Assembly: GCA_043228905.1 (NCBI GenBank)
Contig: JBHGNT010000016.1
Span: 12,834,001-12,898,000, forward strand
Direction: 5' to 3'
Length of the DNA stretch: 64,000 bases
DNA from: Azolla caroliniana
Taxonomy: Eukaryota; Plantae; Polypodiophyta
Below are positions 1 through 11,751 of the stretch, piece by piece. Numbering within the stretch: position 1 is the stretch's first letter; every line of letters starts with the position of its first letter. The notes below the pieces were generated by a model that was not told the origin of the DNA, did no database searches, and saw only the letters and a program-made list of their open reading frames with translations. A program made the position numbers and the translations under genes.

Positions 1-953
1 TCTTCGTAAAAAAATAGTTCAAAATATACAAATAAACCCGGACTCAAACTGAAGACCTCTCGTGTGGAAATCCAGCGTTATAACCATCTACACTATCTAG
101 AAGAGATTGTGAATATCGCTCAATTTCATGCATTCTGATGAATTTGATACTCTCACTGAAATGATGTCACAACTACATGGCCATCACGAGTTTCAATGTA
201 TCCCATGTCGTTGTGGCATTTAGGTGAAACAAGTCTCTAGAAAGAAATAGCACTAATTCACACAATCAAGATGACGATTTTAAGGTACATGCATGAGTTC
301 CACTTAGTTTCACTAAATATATTCTAGTTCTATAAACATAGCAAGGAATTCTTCTAGTCATTCTATGTAACATTTTTTGTTGTCCAAACCCGGACCCGAC
401 CCGAAGACCTTTAGTGTGTAAGACTAACGTGATAGCCAACTACATTATCGAGACCCAATTCTGAAGATTAATTTCATGGATTTAGATGAATTGGATACTG
501 TCAGTGAACCGACATCAAAACGACATGGCTATTACGAGTTTCAATGTATCCCATGTGGTAGTGGCATTTAGGTCAAACAAGTCTCTAGAAAGAAACATAT
601 AGCCGTAATTGACACAAGAAATGAACATGTCGATTTTCTTGGCTTAATGTATATGCATGACATCCACTTAGTTCCACTAAATATATTTATATGTAGTAAT
701 TCTTCTACTCATTCTATGTAACATTTTTAGTTTTCCAAACATGGAGTCAAACCGAAGACCTCTAGTGTGTAAGACTAGAGTCAAACATGTCAGAAACAGA
801 TAACACTATTTGACGCAATAATGTAGACGTTGATTTTCTTGGTTATATTGTATTTTTCTAAAAATAAATACCAATTATTCTACTCATTCTATGCATCATC
901 TTTTCTTGTCCAAACCCAGACTTGAACTCGAGACCTCTTCTGTGTTAGACTAG
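1..953 (-). repeat. tRNA-Val higher-order repeat array, block 1 (four degenerate units starting at about 29, 381, 732, 907)
   Basis: Recurrent + strand motif tgtccaaacccggactcgaaccg-agacctctagtgtg-NN-agactagcgtgataaccaactacac is the reverse complement of a tRNA-Val cloverleaf; spacers match those of the later blocks. Confidence 0.9.
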
Positions 954-1669
954 GTTTGATGGTAAAGGCGTATCTCTAGGTAGTGATTGATGTCATATAG
1001 GAAATGTAAATGTTGTTTGTTACATGAATATGGCAATTCACAAATATGTATAAATATAGGTGTTAGTCATTTTGTAAATTTTGTATGTTTTCTTCTCAAT
1101 TTCACCTGTCAATTATTTAGACATTTTTTAAAAGCCCTTAGTTTTTAGACATGGTATAAATGAATATATTTTGATTCAATTTTCAAAAACCTTTACGCAT
1201 GCGATGGTTCTTTTTGTGAAATGACAGAATTTGTGTATTTTTTTGACAGACTATTCTTAAATTGCGACATATTACCTATTCCAAATGACACGGTGTTGAA
1301 CCCCGGAAAAGGTGCATAAGAAAAGACGAAAACTTCGTAAAATATGGTGGCCAATACCTCTCTAGCTAGATGAATCACATGAAGATCATTGGAATTATGC
1401 TCTACCACGTTGGCTATTCCCTTTTCCTAGTCCTTTCTTATTTTAAAGATAATTGTCAGGAATTTTGAGCTTAACAGTTTGACAGGAAGGACATAAAAGA
1501 GGCAGATTTGATAGGGCAATCATGTGGAGTGATAGCGATGAGATGTTGGATGTGGAATATGAAGCATCTTCTAATTTTGGATAAGGAAGAGTGATGAAAG
1601 TGTTGAGGGTTGGAACAAGATTTAATGAGCAGACGAGGAGAGTAGTGTCACTTTCTTTTTGTATGTACA

Positions 1670-3060
1670 CGATTTTGGTGGTAAATCAGCGTGAGTGAGA
1701 TGGTTGATGTCGATTTATGAAGGACAATTCATTTTTTTTATAAGGATTAGTGATGGTGGTGTGGGGTTTGAAGCATAATCTCTTGAGAACAGTGAACTCA
1801 TTTATTGTTTGTATGTAGACGATTTTGGTGATAATCGGCGAGATGTTTGATGTGGACTTGATGAAGAAGAATGTATGTTTTTTATAAGGATGAGTGATGA
1901 GGGTGTGGGAGGTGAAGCAAATTCTCAAGAGGAGATGAGGAAACAAGACTCATTGTATTGTTGTATGTGCACGATTTTGGTGGTATTCAGCGAGATGATT
2001 GATGTGGACTTAACGAAGATGGTTTGGATAAGGATGAGTGATGATGGTGTGGAGGCCGAAGCATATTCTCATGAGAAGATGAGGAATTTAAACTCATGTT
2101 ATTGTCTATGTGGAGGAATTTGTGAAGTTAAAAATCGTTGCCGGCCACAACTGGTTGTACATGTGCGGAATATTAGTCAATCTAATGGAAAGGAAAAACA
2201 AAATACAAAAACTGAGAATGACAGAGATTTTATTGTGGAAACCCAAACTTGGAAAAAACCACGTGGAGTCCACAAACTCCGAAACAGAACACTATGAGAG
2301 AAAGGAATACAATTAGAGATCTTAGAGGCAACGACCTCAAGATCCTGCTTCGCCAACAAGCGGCTATGGGGCTTACACGCTTCCACTCACACTCGTTCAC
2401 TCTCACAGTTACAGAGGCAACAACCTCGTCAACAATAACTTTACAAACACGCACACCTCTAACATGATTGCCCTAAGTACTTATATACCAATGTAACCTT
2501 TCGACTATTTACAAACTTAGCCTTCCGTGTTGGCTATCTCCACGATTTCTCATCAACACGGTTCTTCTCACTTCCCATCCGGAGGGACCTGTTTCCTAAC
2601 AATTTGGTGGTAATCGGCGAGATGGTTGATGTGGACTTCACGAAGCAATTTGTATGTCTTTTATAAGGATGAGTGATGATTGTGTGGGGCCGAAGCATAA
2701 GCTCATGAGGAAAGGAGAAAATTGTTTGAATGTGTTGGTGTATGATAGGAAGTTGGTGGTAACCGGTGATATGGTGGATGTGGAAAGATTAAGCATATTT
2801 GTTGAGTTGACAGTATAATGTATTGGATCGCCTTCAAATCTCCGATGTATAGGAAGTTGGTGGTAACTGGTGAGATGGTTGATGTGGAAAGAGGAAGCAT
2901 AGTTGTTGAGTTGACAATATAATGTTTTGGATCGCCTTCAAATCTGTGATGTATAGGAAGTTGGTGGTAACCCGCGAGATGGTTGATGTGGAAAGAGGAA
3001 GCATATTTGTTGAGTTGATAGTATAATGTATTGGATTGCCTTCAAATCTATGATATACAG
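1670..3060. repeat. Degenerate tandem repeat (~115-145 bp units), interrupted by a solo LTR
   Basis: Core ttggtggtaa-c-gcgagatggttgatgtgga recurs at about 1675, 1825, 1977, 2604, 2754, 2857 and 2961. Confidence 0.7.
2123..2601. mobile_element. Solo LTR (479 bp)
   Basis: TG...CA termini with a perfect 5-bp TSD ATTTG (2118-2122 and 2602-2606); it splits one unit of the surrounding repeat. Confidence 0.8.
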
Positions 3061-4250
3061 GCATGGAATACACTGTTATCTACTTTGAAGGTTTCTAGTA
3101 GCATTAGGGGTTTTTTGGATAAAGATTATGTTGAACAAGAGCAGGTTGAAGAAGTATTGAAAGGTTCATAACTATGACTTGCGAGGGTTGTTTCCGAATA
3201 TAAGTACTTTGGTTGTTGTCTATGGATATGATACCTTGCATTGTGTCTAAGGAATAGGTTGCAATTAGTGGATTTTTTTCTCTACTTAGGATTTGTTTCC
3301 ACAACCAGTGTCTTACACAAGACAGGCTCGGGGGGGAAAACTTTGTATGTTGTAGCCGTTATGACCCTTTCTATACAACTAATGGAAGGATATTTTGTTT
3401 TGGAAAAACAAAGGTACATTGGAAGCATTACGTGATCTCACAAGGGGTGCATTTCTAAATCTACATGCATGGAGGCGCATGAAGAGTCATCTCATACTCA
3501 AGAATGAAAGTGCAATTTACCTTAAGTCATTACCTAATCTTCAAGTAATATATGTCAAGAAATGGCGGGAGGTAGTGTTAGCATCACATGGTGACGCAAC
3601 CCATCACACATTTTGAAAGACTCTTAAAGAGTTAAAGCGGGGTTACCCGACTGATGTATGTGATTATGGCATTACACCGGAGTACGCAAAAGCACTCATT
3701 AGAAGTTGTGGTTGCCGAATGGTGTTAAAGCTTGACCCAAACAACGTGTTGGGAGTGAGCATGGCCAAATATAAGAAGACCCCACCCATAGAAGTGATCA
3801 AGGTAGAAACCCACCAGTTAGATGATGCGCTCAGGATTTGCAAACCAAGTTTCACACACAAGGAAAGGAGTCAATGTGGGTATGTGTGTGACTAGGTATA
3901 GTTGTCATCATGCGGTGACATCTCGACTTATGTCTAATTCCACTCGACGACACAGGGGCACACCCCGATGTGGGTGTACATTCCATGTGGACATTAGAAT
4001 GAATGACAGGGTTGATAATGAGACACTGATCATTTCAATATATGGACCTCATAGTGGTCAAGTACTAGGTAGTACATCGGATGTGTACCATTTGCCAACA
4101 CACCCCAATGTCATAAGTTGTTGCAAAGATAACCTATTTGATGTTGGGTGTGCAATGCATGTGGCATGAATGAGCATGCCTAAAGGAAGCATATCATAAG
4201 TCCAAGGCTAGTCCATTAGAGCTTGTTAGCTATAGGTTCTTTATGATACT

Positions 4251-7200
4251 TGTTGAGCGGCAAGCTCAACTGGAGCCGGATCGGCTGAATAAGCTTGAGC
4301 CGGCAAGCAAGACAGATCGGTAAGCTGTGAGCAACCGAGCTGGGAAGCTGGTTAGCCGGATCCAATCAGTAACCGGAAGCCAAGTATTAGTGTAGACTAC
4401 TAGGTAATTATAGTCTTGTAGTAAGTGTCAGATGCTCGTGTGAGCATTGAAGTACGCGGTACTTCTATCAGTCCCACGAGGACTTGTATAAATGATGCTA
4501 CTGAGCATAATTGTATGTACAGAGTGTTTTTATATATTTTTGAATATAGATTTGAGGTTCTGCTCTCTTTGTCTCTCCCGTGTACTCTATGGATTCCCTA
4601 CCTTCTCTATTTTCTAACGCTTCTAACGCTTCCGCAAGTAATCGTTTACATGATATTAGAGCGCGAGGGTTGAGAACCTCCTCTGCAACCGACAAACGCT
4701 TGAAAGCAAACCCCAACAGGTCGTAAAACAGAAGACAGAGAAGTGATGGATAGAAGGATCGGTAACTCGCTCCCTGTGGAGAAACTCGATTGATCCAACT
4801 ATGCATCTTGGTCATATAAGATGCACCAGTACCTGCTTGGGCATGGCTACTGGAGTTTCGTCGAAGGAGCCAACGAAACAACACCTGATGCGGCACATAA
4901 GGACTTCCCAGTGTGGGAACAATCGGCAAGCAGAGTGATGTACTACTTCGCGTCCAGTGTCGGAGACCAGTTGCTGAGCCAAATCCGAGATGCCAAGACG
5001 CCGAAGGAGGCTTGGGGAAACCTGAAGAAGGCTTTCGCCGCGAGCACTACAGCCCGGAAGCTGCAACTCCGACAGGAGTTAAGCAATGTCCGACAGAAGG
5101 ACATGTCCGTGGCGGATTACACGGCCCGGATCAAAGAGATTTGTGACTCGCTTGCCTCTATCAACGTTACCGTAGAGGAAGATGAGATGGTATAGGTCTG
5201 TCTTGGGGGCCTGGCGTCTAAGTTCAGAGCATTCCGAACGACGGTATGTACAAGGGAGAATATGCCATCATTTTTCGACTTACAATCGATGCTCCTTGTA
5301 GAGGAGAACCACGCCGGTGCGTCAACTAGCGCACCCATTGACAGCCGGATGCTGTACACGGAAGCGGATCGGTCCTGTGGGCGTGGTTGATGAGGCGGGT
5401 CGGCACGCAATGGAGGTGGCCGGCAAGAGCAAGAACGAAGGCACAGAGAACGTGCCGACAACAGTTCTGGGAATTCCACAGGCAGGGGGAGTCAAGGCGG
5501 TGCCGGAGGCCGGCAAGACAAATCGGCAATGGAATGTTGGTACTGTGGCAAAAAGGGCCACAGAGAAAGCAAGTGTTGGAGAAAACGCGCCAATTCGGAC
5601 AAATCCGGATCCGGCAAGGCCGACAAGGATGGCCGGCAAAGCTCACACTACGGGAAGGGATCAGGAGGATCCAAGAACGGTAACGGGCCAGCCTTGGTGC
5701 TAAAGCACGAGGCGAACTTGATGAAGAAGAACACTTCCAAATCGGAGGAAGTGTGGTATGTTGATTCCGGTGCGTCGAACCACATGACGAACCACAAAGA
5801 GTGGTTCTCCTTTTTGGAGAAACTGGATCAACCAGGAGTAGTCGAAACCGGAGACGACACTCCTCACCCAATTGTGCACGTCGGAGAAGTCCCTTTGAGT
5901 CACGTCAGACAGAAAGGGAAGCTGATGAACGTATCACACGTTCCGACGATCACGAAGAACCTGGTGTCGGTCGGACAGATCGTGATCGTCGGAACGGGAA
6001 TCGGAGAGAAAGATCAAATGCCTGCAGTTGGATGGCGGAAAAGAGTACTTTTCCAGCCAATTCAATAGTTATCTGTAGCAAAAGGGAATTCGGCAAGAGC
6101 TCAGCTGCAGATACACACCGCAACAAAAAGGTGTTGCCGAAAGGAAGAACCGGTCGCTTATTGATGCGACAAGGGCAATGCTGGAGGAGAAGAGCATGCC
6201 CAAATTCTACTGGGCAGAGGCAGTCCGAACAACTGTCTACATCTAGAACCGGATCGGTGAGAAGGTGTCAGCTCACGAGCTATATTTCGGACGCAAGTCG
6301 AATTTGAGACACCTTAAGATCTTCGGTAGCATTGCATATGTGCATGTACCAGAAGACAAGCGGAGGAAGCTAGATGCAAAATAAGAAAAATGCATCCTAA
6401 TCGGCTATGGTCAAGAGCTGAAGGGTTATAAGTGTTATAACCCCCGGACAAAGCAGGTCCAAGTTAGTCAAGATGTCGGGTTGGATGAATCGGCATCGTG
6501 GTACTCCTTACCGGCTCCGACTTCCGAATCCGACCTGGTGCCAGTGGAGGAGGCTAGTGAGCTTCAACCGGCCTAGGTAGAGGATGATGAAACGTGGACT
6601 CAGGATGAGAGTCCGAAATCGTTTCAGTTGAGCAGGCCAAACGGGAGATTGAGTCAATCTGACCAGTCTGATGAGGAACCGGCGAGTAGTAGAGACTCTG
6701 TCGTGCACTCCCCACGCGATGAACCGAGGTGACGGTTCACGCGGAAAGAGAAGGGGAAGAAGAAGATGCCGGAATTCGAAACCGGCAACGATGAGTCGGA
6801 TCAGTGTGCATCCAACTCCGGCAAGGAGAAGGGCCTCAAACTGGGTAACAATGAGTTACGTCGGTCCACCCGCTAGAAGGATCCCGTCAAGCGGTACGGG
6901 TACAATGAGTACATGGTCCATCACTATGCGTACATGACTAAGGTGGCGGAAATGCGTGAGCCAGAGAGCAACGCAGAAGCGGCCAAGGACGCAAATTGGC
7001 GTGCCGCTATGAAAGAAGAAATGTGGGCACTTGATTTCAACAAGACATGGGACCTAGTTGACCCTCCTCGTCACTGTAAACCGATCGGATGCAAGTGGAT
7101 ATACAAGGTAAAGTACAACGCCGACGGTTCTGTTAACCGGTATAAAGCCTGGGTAGTGGTGAAGGGATACGCGTAGACCCACGGAATCGACTACGACGAG

Positions 7201-9455
7201 ACCTTCGCTCCGGTAGCGAAGATGACGACGGTTCGTGTGGTGCTGGCGGTTGCTGCAACAAGGGGGTGGCATCTTCACCAGATGGATGTGAAGAATGCGT
7301 TTCTTCAAGGTGATCTTGAAGAAGAAGTCTTTATGACTCAGCCCCCTAGCTTTCAATCGGATATGAACAAGTCGGCGGTATGCCGGCTGAAGAAATCGTT
7401 GTACGGCTTGAAGCAAGCCCCTCGAGCTTGGAATGCGAAGATCACGCACCGGTTGCGTAAGATGGGGTTTGTGGCCTCCAAATCGGACTCTTCGTTGTTC
7501 ATCCGGAAAGGCTCCGTTGGCCCGGTATGTATACTGTTGTATGTTGATGATCTAGTCATCACCGGACCGGGTGTTCCCGAAATCAACCGCGTCAAGTCCC
7601 AGTTGTCGGACGCATTTGAGATGAAGGATCTAGGGGACCTTCATTATCTTCTAGGGATCGAGGTGATCCGAACCCCGAACGGCATATTGCTCTCACAACG
7701 ACATTACTTCTTGAATATGTTGTACAAGTTCGGCATGACAAAATGCCGACCTGTATCCACACCCTTGGACCGAAACTAGAAGCTTCGTCCCAACTCCGGA
7801 CCGGCCTGCAACGAGCAACGGTTCCGACAAATTGTCAGAAGCCTTATTTACTTGACTATCACGCGACCCGACATCAGCTATCCAGTCGGAATGATAAGTC
7901 AGTTCCTGCAGAAGCCGACCGTGGAGCACCGTCAGTGCGCGCAAAGGATATTGCGGTATGTCAGCAGCACGAAGGACTGGGGACTGTTATACCGGCGTGG
8001 TATACCCGAAGAGCTCGCCGGTTACACGGATGCCGACTGGGCCGGCGATGCATCAGATCGCCGATCAACCTCCGGTTACATGTTTTCCCTAGGTAGCGCG
8101 GTTGTGGCGTGGAGCTGCAAAAAGCAGCCAACAATTGCTTTATCGAGCACTGAGGTTGAGTATCAAGGCGCTACCATTTGGCGCCACCTGTGAAGCCATT
8201 TGGCTTCGGCGACTGCTACAAGACCTACAGATCGAGGTACCGACCCCGATTCTGGTCTACTGCAACAACATAAGCAGTATGCAACTCGCCAAGAACCCCG
8301 TATTCCATGCTCGCACAAAGCACATCGAAGTGCACTATCACTTTGTGCGTGAGTGGGTCCTGAGCGGTGAAGTCGAACTACGGTATGTTCACACAGATCG
8401 GCAAATTGCCGATATCTTCACCAAGCCGCTCGGATCGGACAAGTTGCAACACTTCACCGAAATTCTTGGTGTTCAGCATCTTGACGTGCCACACTTGAGG
8501 GGGAGAACGAGCAAAGACACTGGAATGGGCAAAGGCAAAGAGACTGCCGATTGCGTCGGTGAGGGAAGAACAGGGGGTGGCAGAGTCAACAAGGACAGAG
8601 CCGACCGAAGGAAGAAGGCCAAGACCCGAACATGGTCCGATGTGGTGAAGGGCTTGGAACCAAAAGACGAATCCGGAGCAACCGATTCGGACAAGAGCTG
8701 GAACGAATCGGAGATAGTAGATTCGGAAGAACCGGATCAATTCAAGGCCAAGCAGACACGGATGCAGTGGGAGTCGATGCCATCGCGGAGGAACCGACAG
8801 ATCGGCAAGCACCGGAGTCATAGCAGCGAAGGAGCTGAGAGGGGCCTATTGAGTAGACATACCGACCAAGAAGATTGAGGCGCGCAGAACAAGAGGGGTC
8901 GCGGCAAACAAAACCGGATCGGACGAGGAGCGCGAGCAATGCGGAGCGACGCCAGGAGAAGTCGGTTGGAAAAACCGACTGCCACAGAGGCTGACACTAG
9001 GATCCAACCTCAAGTTGAGCTTGAGGGGGAGTGTAGAGCGGCAAGCTCAACTGGAGCTGGATTGGCTGAATAAGCCTAAGCCGGCAAGCGAGACAGATCG
9101 GTAAGTTGTGAGCAACCGAACCGGCAAGCAACAGAGCCGGTGAGCTGGGGAGCCGGTTAGCCGGATCCAATCAATAACCGGAAGCCTAGTATTAGTGTAG
9201 ACTACTAGGCAATTATAGTCTTGTAGTAAGTGTCAGATGCTCGTGTGAGCATTGAAATACGCGGTACTTATGTCAGTCCCACGAGGACTTGTATAAATGA
9301 TGCTACTAAGCATAGTTGTATGTACAGAGTGTTTTTATATATTTTTGAATATAGATTTGAGGTTCTGCTCTCTCTGTCTCTCACGTGTACTCTGTGTATT
9401 CCCTACCTTCTCTATTTTCTAATGCTTCTAACGCGTCCGCAAGTAATCGTTTACA
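4251..9455 (+). mobile_element. Ty1/copia LTR retrotransposon with both LTRs, decayed and internally deleted
   Basis: LTRs 4251-4650 and 9032-9455 (TG...CA); TSD ATACT/ATACC; decayed iMet PBS tgatattagagc at 4651; PPT gagggggag 9023-9031; gag, zinc knuckle (CWYCGKKGHRESKC), protease (WYVDSGASNH), partial integrase, RT (YVDD) and RNase H (YTDADWAGD) in copia order. Confidence 0.96.
4812..8878 (+). pseudogene. Copia gag-pol polyprotein pseudogene
   Basis: ORF fragments 4821-5195, 5529-6068, 6913-7176, 7222-7779, 7852-8193 and 8102-8878 are separated by stops and frameshifts; the integrase N-terminus is deleted near 5985. Confidence 0.92.
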
Positions 9456-10609
9456 ATACCAAAGGAGGTCCATAACATGACAAATAAGTTAAAAATCAGC
9501 AGCGCCATGTCAGAGGTTGATTGATCTTTGATGATGTAAGATGCCTATGCACTCTGAGATCTTTGGAAAGTGGATCATGTTCAACCTTACCTACCTGGTG
9601 CACCAGGATCTCCCACTAGACAACCATTTATCTTGATACTTCAAGATCAATGGATGTTGGAAATGTGTGAGCAGTTGACTCTAAACAACTCTTGGGCAAT
9701 CGACTCAACATATAAAACAAATCAATTTGGCTATCATTATATGCAGTTGTTTCCCCCAACACATGGGAATTGGGATGCCCTTATGGTACATACTTTGTAG
9801 TTATAATAAGGGATCAAACCATAAGCAAGTTGCATTAGAAACTTGCTTGAGAGTCATGTTTGCAAGGATGCCTATGGTGAGGCCAAATGTGATAGTGATT
9901 GATAAATGTTGGACATCATATAATGCCATAAATAATGTGGTTGCAACAAACCATCAATCTTAGATTGTTGTAAATGGGCAACGGTCACGAACACATTGTC
10001 GACTTTTGTTGTGTCAGTTTCATGCCAAAAAATGATGGGTGGATAACTAGTTGATGAGTATGTGTGCGGAAGTACGTGTGGACATGTCGATGTCGTGATG
10101 TTTTCCACACATAGTGTGAAACCACCCTCGAAAAGAAGTAAAATAGTAGTTCAAATTAACTTTATTAGTAAGAGAAATACTTTTCAAACAGGATTCCTTA
10201 TAAATTAAAGGGAAAAGTACCAGGATACCCTTGGAAGTTCATCTATTTACCAGAATGCCCCTGGAAGTTCCAAATTTACCAAACTACCCCTACGTTGTCG
10301 TGTGAATCTTCACACACTATGTAAAAAATAATGAAATAATTATTATAGATTAGATTAGTAGCTTACTATAGAAAGATGGATATACTCAAGAGCTTCAAAA
10401 CGTATTTTACTATATACAAAATGGAGAAATACATATCAAGTTATGTGAAAATAAAGTTTGAGAAGATAGGGAAATTAGAACTATCCCACATAGATAGGAA
10501 AGATAAGGCCCTGGCTATATAAGCACCTTGAGCTCCCTCATTTTTCATTTGTGCTAAGAGCACTTTGGCCACTTTGTCTTAATGGATGATGGTGGCCAGA
10601 TTCCCTAAA

Positions 10610-10955
10610 ACCGAAAACCGGCCGGTAAGCAAATTCGGAAACTGGCTGGTAAGCAAATCCGGAAACCGGTCTGTTAAGCAAATCCGGAAACTGGCTGGTA
10701 TGCAAACCAGAAACCGGCTGGTAAGCAAAACTGGAACCGGAACTGGCAAGCAAACCGGCACCGGAACCGGCCGGTAAGCAAAACCAAAACCGGTCGGCAA
10801 ACAAAACTGGAAATCGGAATCGGCAAGCAAACCGGAATCGGTAAGCAAACCGGAACTAGAACCGGCCGGCAAGCAAAACCGGAACCGGAACCGGAACCGG
10901 AACCGTCCGGCAAGCAAAACCGGAACCGCAACCGACAAGCAAAATGGAACAGACC
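10610..10955. repeat. AACCGG / GTAAGCAAA-rich short tandem repeats inside the family X LTR
   Basis: Runs such as aaccggaaccggaaccgg and repeated ggtaagcaaa..ggaaaccgg; similar tracts at 28755-29000 and 36800-37070. Confidence 0.85.
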
Positions 10956-11109
10956 GGCGAGGGATTCGGCGATCGGGCGGAACCGGCTACCAGACGAGGT
11001 TGGACGCTGTCGTAGTGTATTTCGTACACTACGTGAAAAAGTAAAAATAATATAACCGATTTAATTACATATAAATAAATAAAATAAGAATATCAAGATA
11101 TTTATCACG

Positions 11110-11181
11110 TGCATAGGGCAAGATTCGAACCTTGTACCTCCACGTAGCCAAACCTCAACTTTACCATTATGCTACCTTATC
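11110..11181 (-). promoter_or_regulatory. tRNA-like Pol III internal promoter (A-box and B-box) in the 5' LTR
   Basis: Minus strand reads TAGCATAATGG...GGTTCGAATC with tRNA-like spacing (44 nt from the T8 to the G53 equivalent); conserved in the 3' LTR. Confidence 0.6.
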
Positions 11182-11733
11182 CTTAGTGTTCTATAAATAG
11201 ATTTAATAACTATAAGTGCTTTATTTGCGCCTACCTTTATTAAAAGGTAAATCATGTATTTTTAGAGTGCGTGAATATTTTATAGAAAAACGCAAGCAAC
11301 TAAAAAGTGACTCATGCACATCTAGCGTGCATGAGCACTATATTTAGCAAATAAAAGCAAGGATTAGAAAAGCATTACATGCACATTTAGTGTGCATGAA
11401 CGTATTAGAAAAAGCATGTAGCTATGCTTAGTCTCTCCCATCACTATATAAGGATGGGGAGCACATTGTAGTTTTTGTTGATTATTTTTCTATAATGATC
11501 AATCAATCTAAAATATTCGTGGGATTCACGAATTTGCTAAAAATAATTCTCTCTTACAACCTAAATATTGACTAAATATACTAAACTCGTGGGATTCACG
11601 AGATTCTTATCTTATAACTCTTTATACCTATTCTTTACTAGCCTTATTTGTATTTTTCTTCCTCCTAGTCCAAAACCTCTGCGGTTCCCACCCGACTCAC
11701 GCAACGATCCGAAGCCGAAAGGCACGACACAGT

Positions 11734-11751
11734 TGGTGAACCCGACGTGAA
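11734..11751 (+). promoter_or_regulatory. Primer-binding site complementary to the tRNA-Trp 3' end
   Basis: TGGTGAACCCGACGTGAA, 4 nt after the LTR end; reverse complement TTCACGTCGGGTTCACCA matches the plant cytosolic tRNA-Trp 3' end as I recall it. Confidence 0.85.

Larger units (their letters stand above)
3395..10035 (+). pseudogene. Decayed MULE/FAR1-like (Mutator superfamily) transposase, split by the copia insertion at 4251-9455
   Basis: Fragments give RCGCTFHV...HSG (FAR1-like Zn finger), WAIDSTYKTNQF (first Asp), PNVIVIDKCWTSYNAI (second Asp) and LLCQFHAKK (CxxH) at about 10005-10033; many stops and frameshifts. Confidence 0.75.

Noticed and set aside
10870-10910. Telomere-like hexamer repeat (AACCGG)n
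   Set aside because: Short, and present at the same position in each family X LTR, so it is an LTR-internal repeat.
10538-10938. Overlapping low-complexity ORFs (also 28704-28982, 33385-33905, 36649-37240)
   Set aside because: Produced by stop-poor AACCGG or GCGCGT repeats inside LTRs.
11110-11181. Functional tRNA gene in the LTR
   Set aside because: Acceptor and anticodon stems do not pair convincingly; only the promoter boxes and T-arm hairpin are kept.
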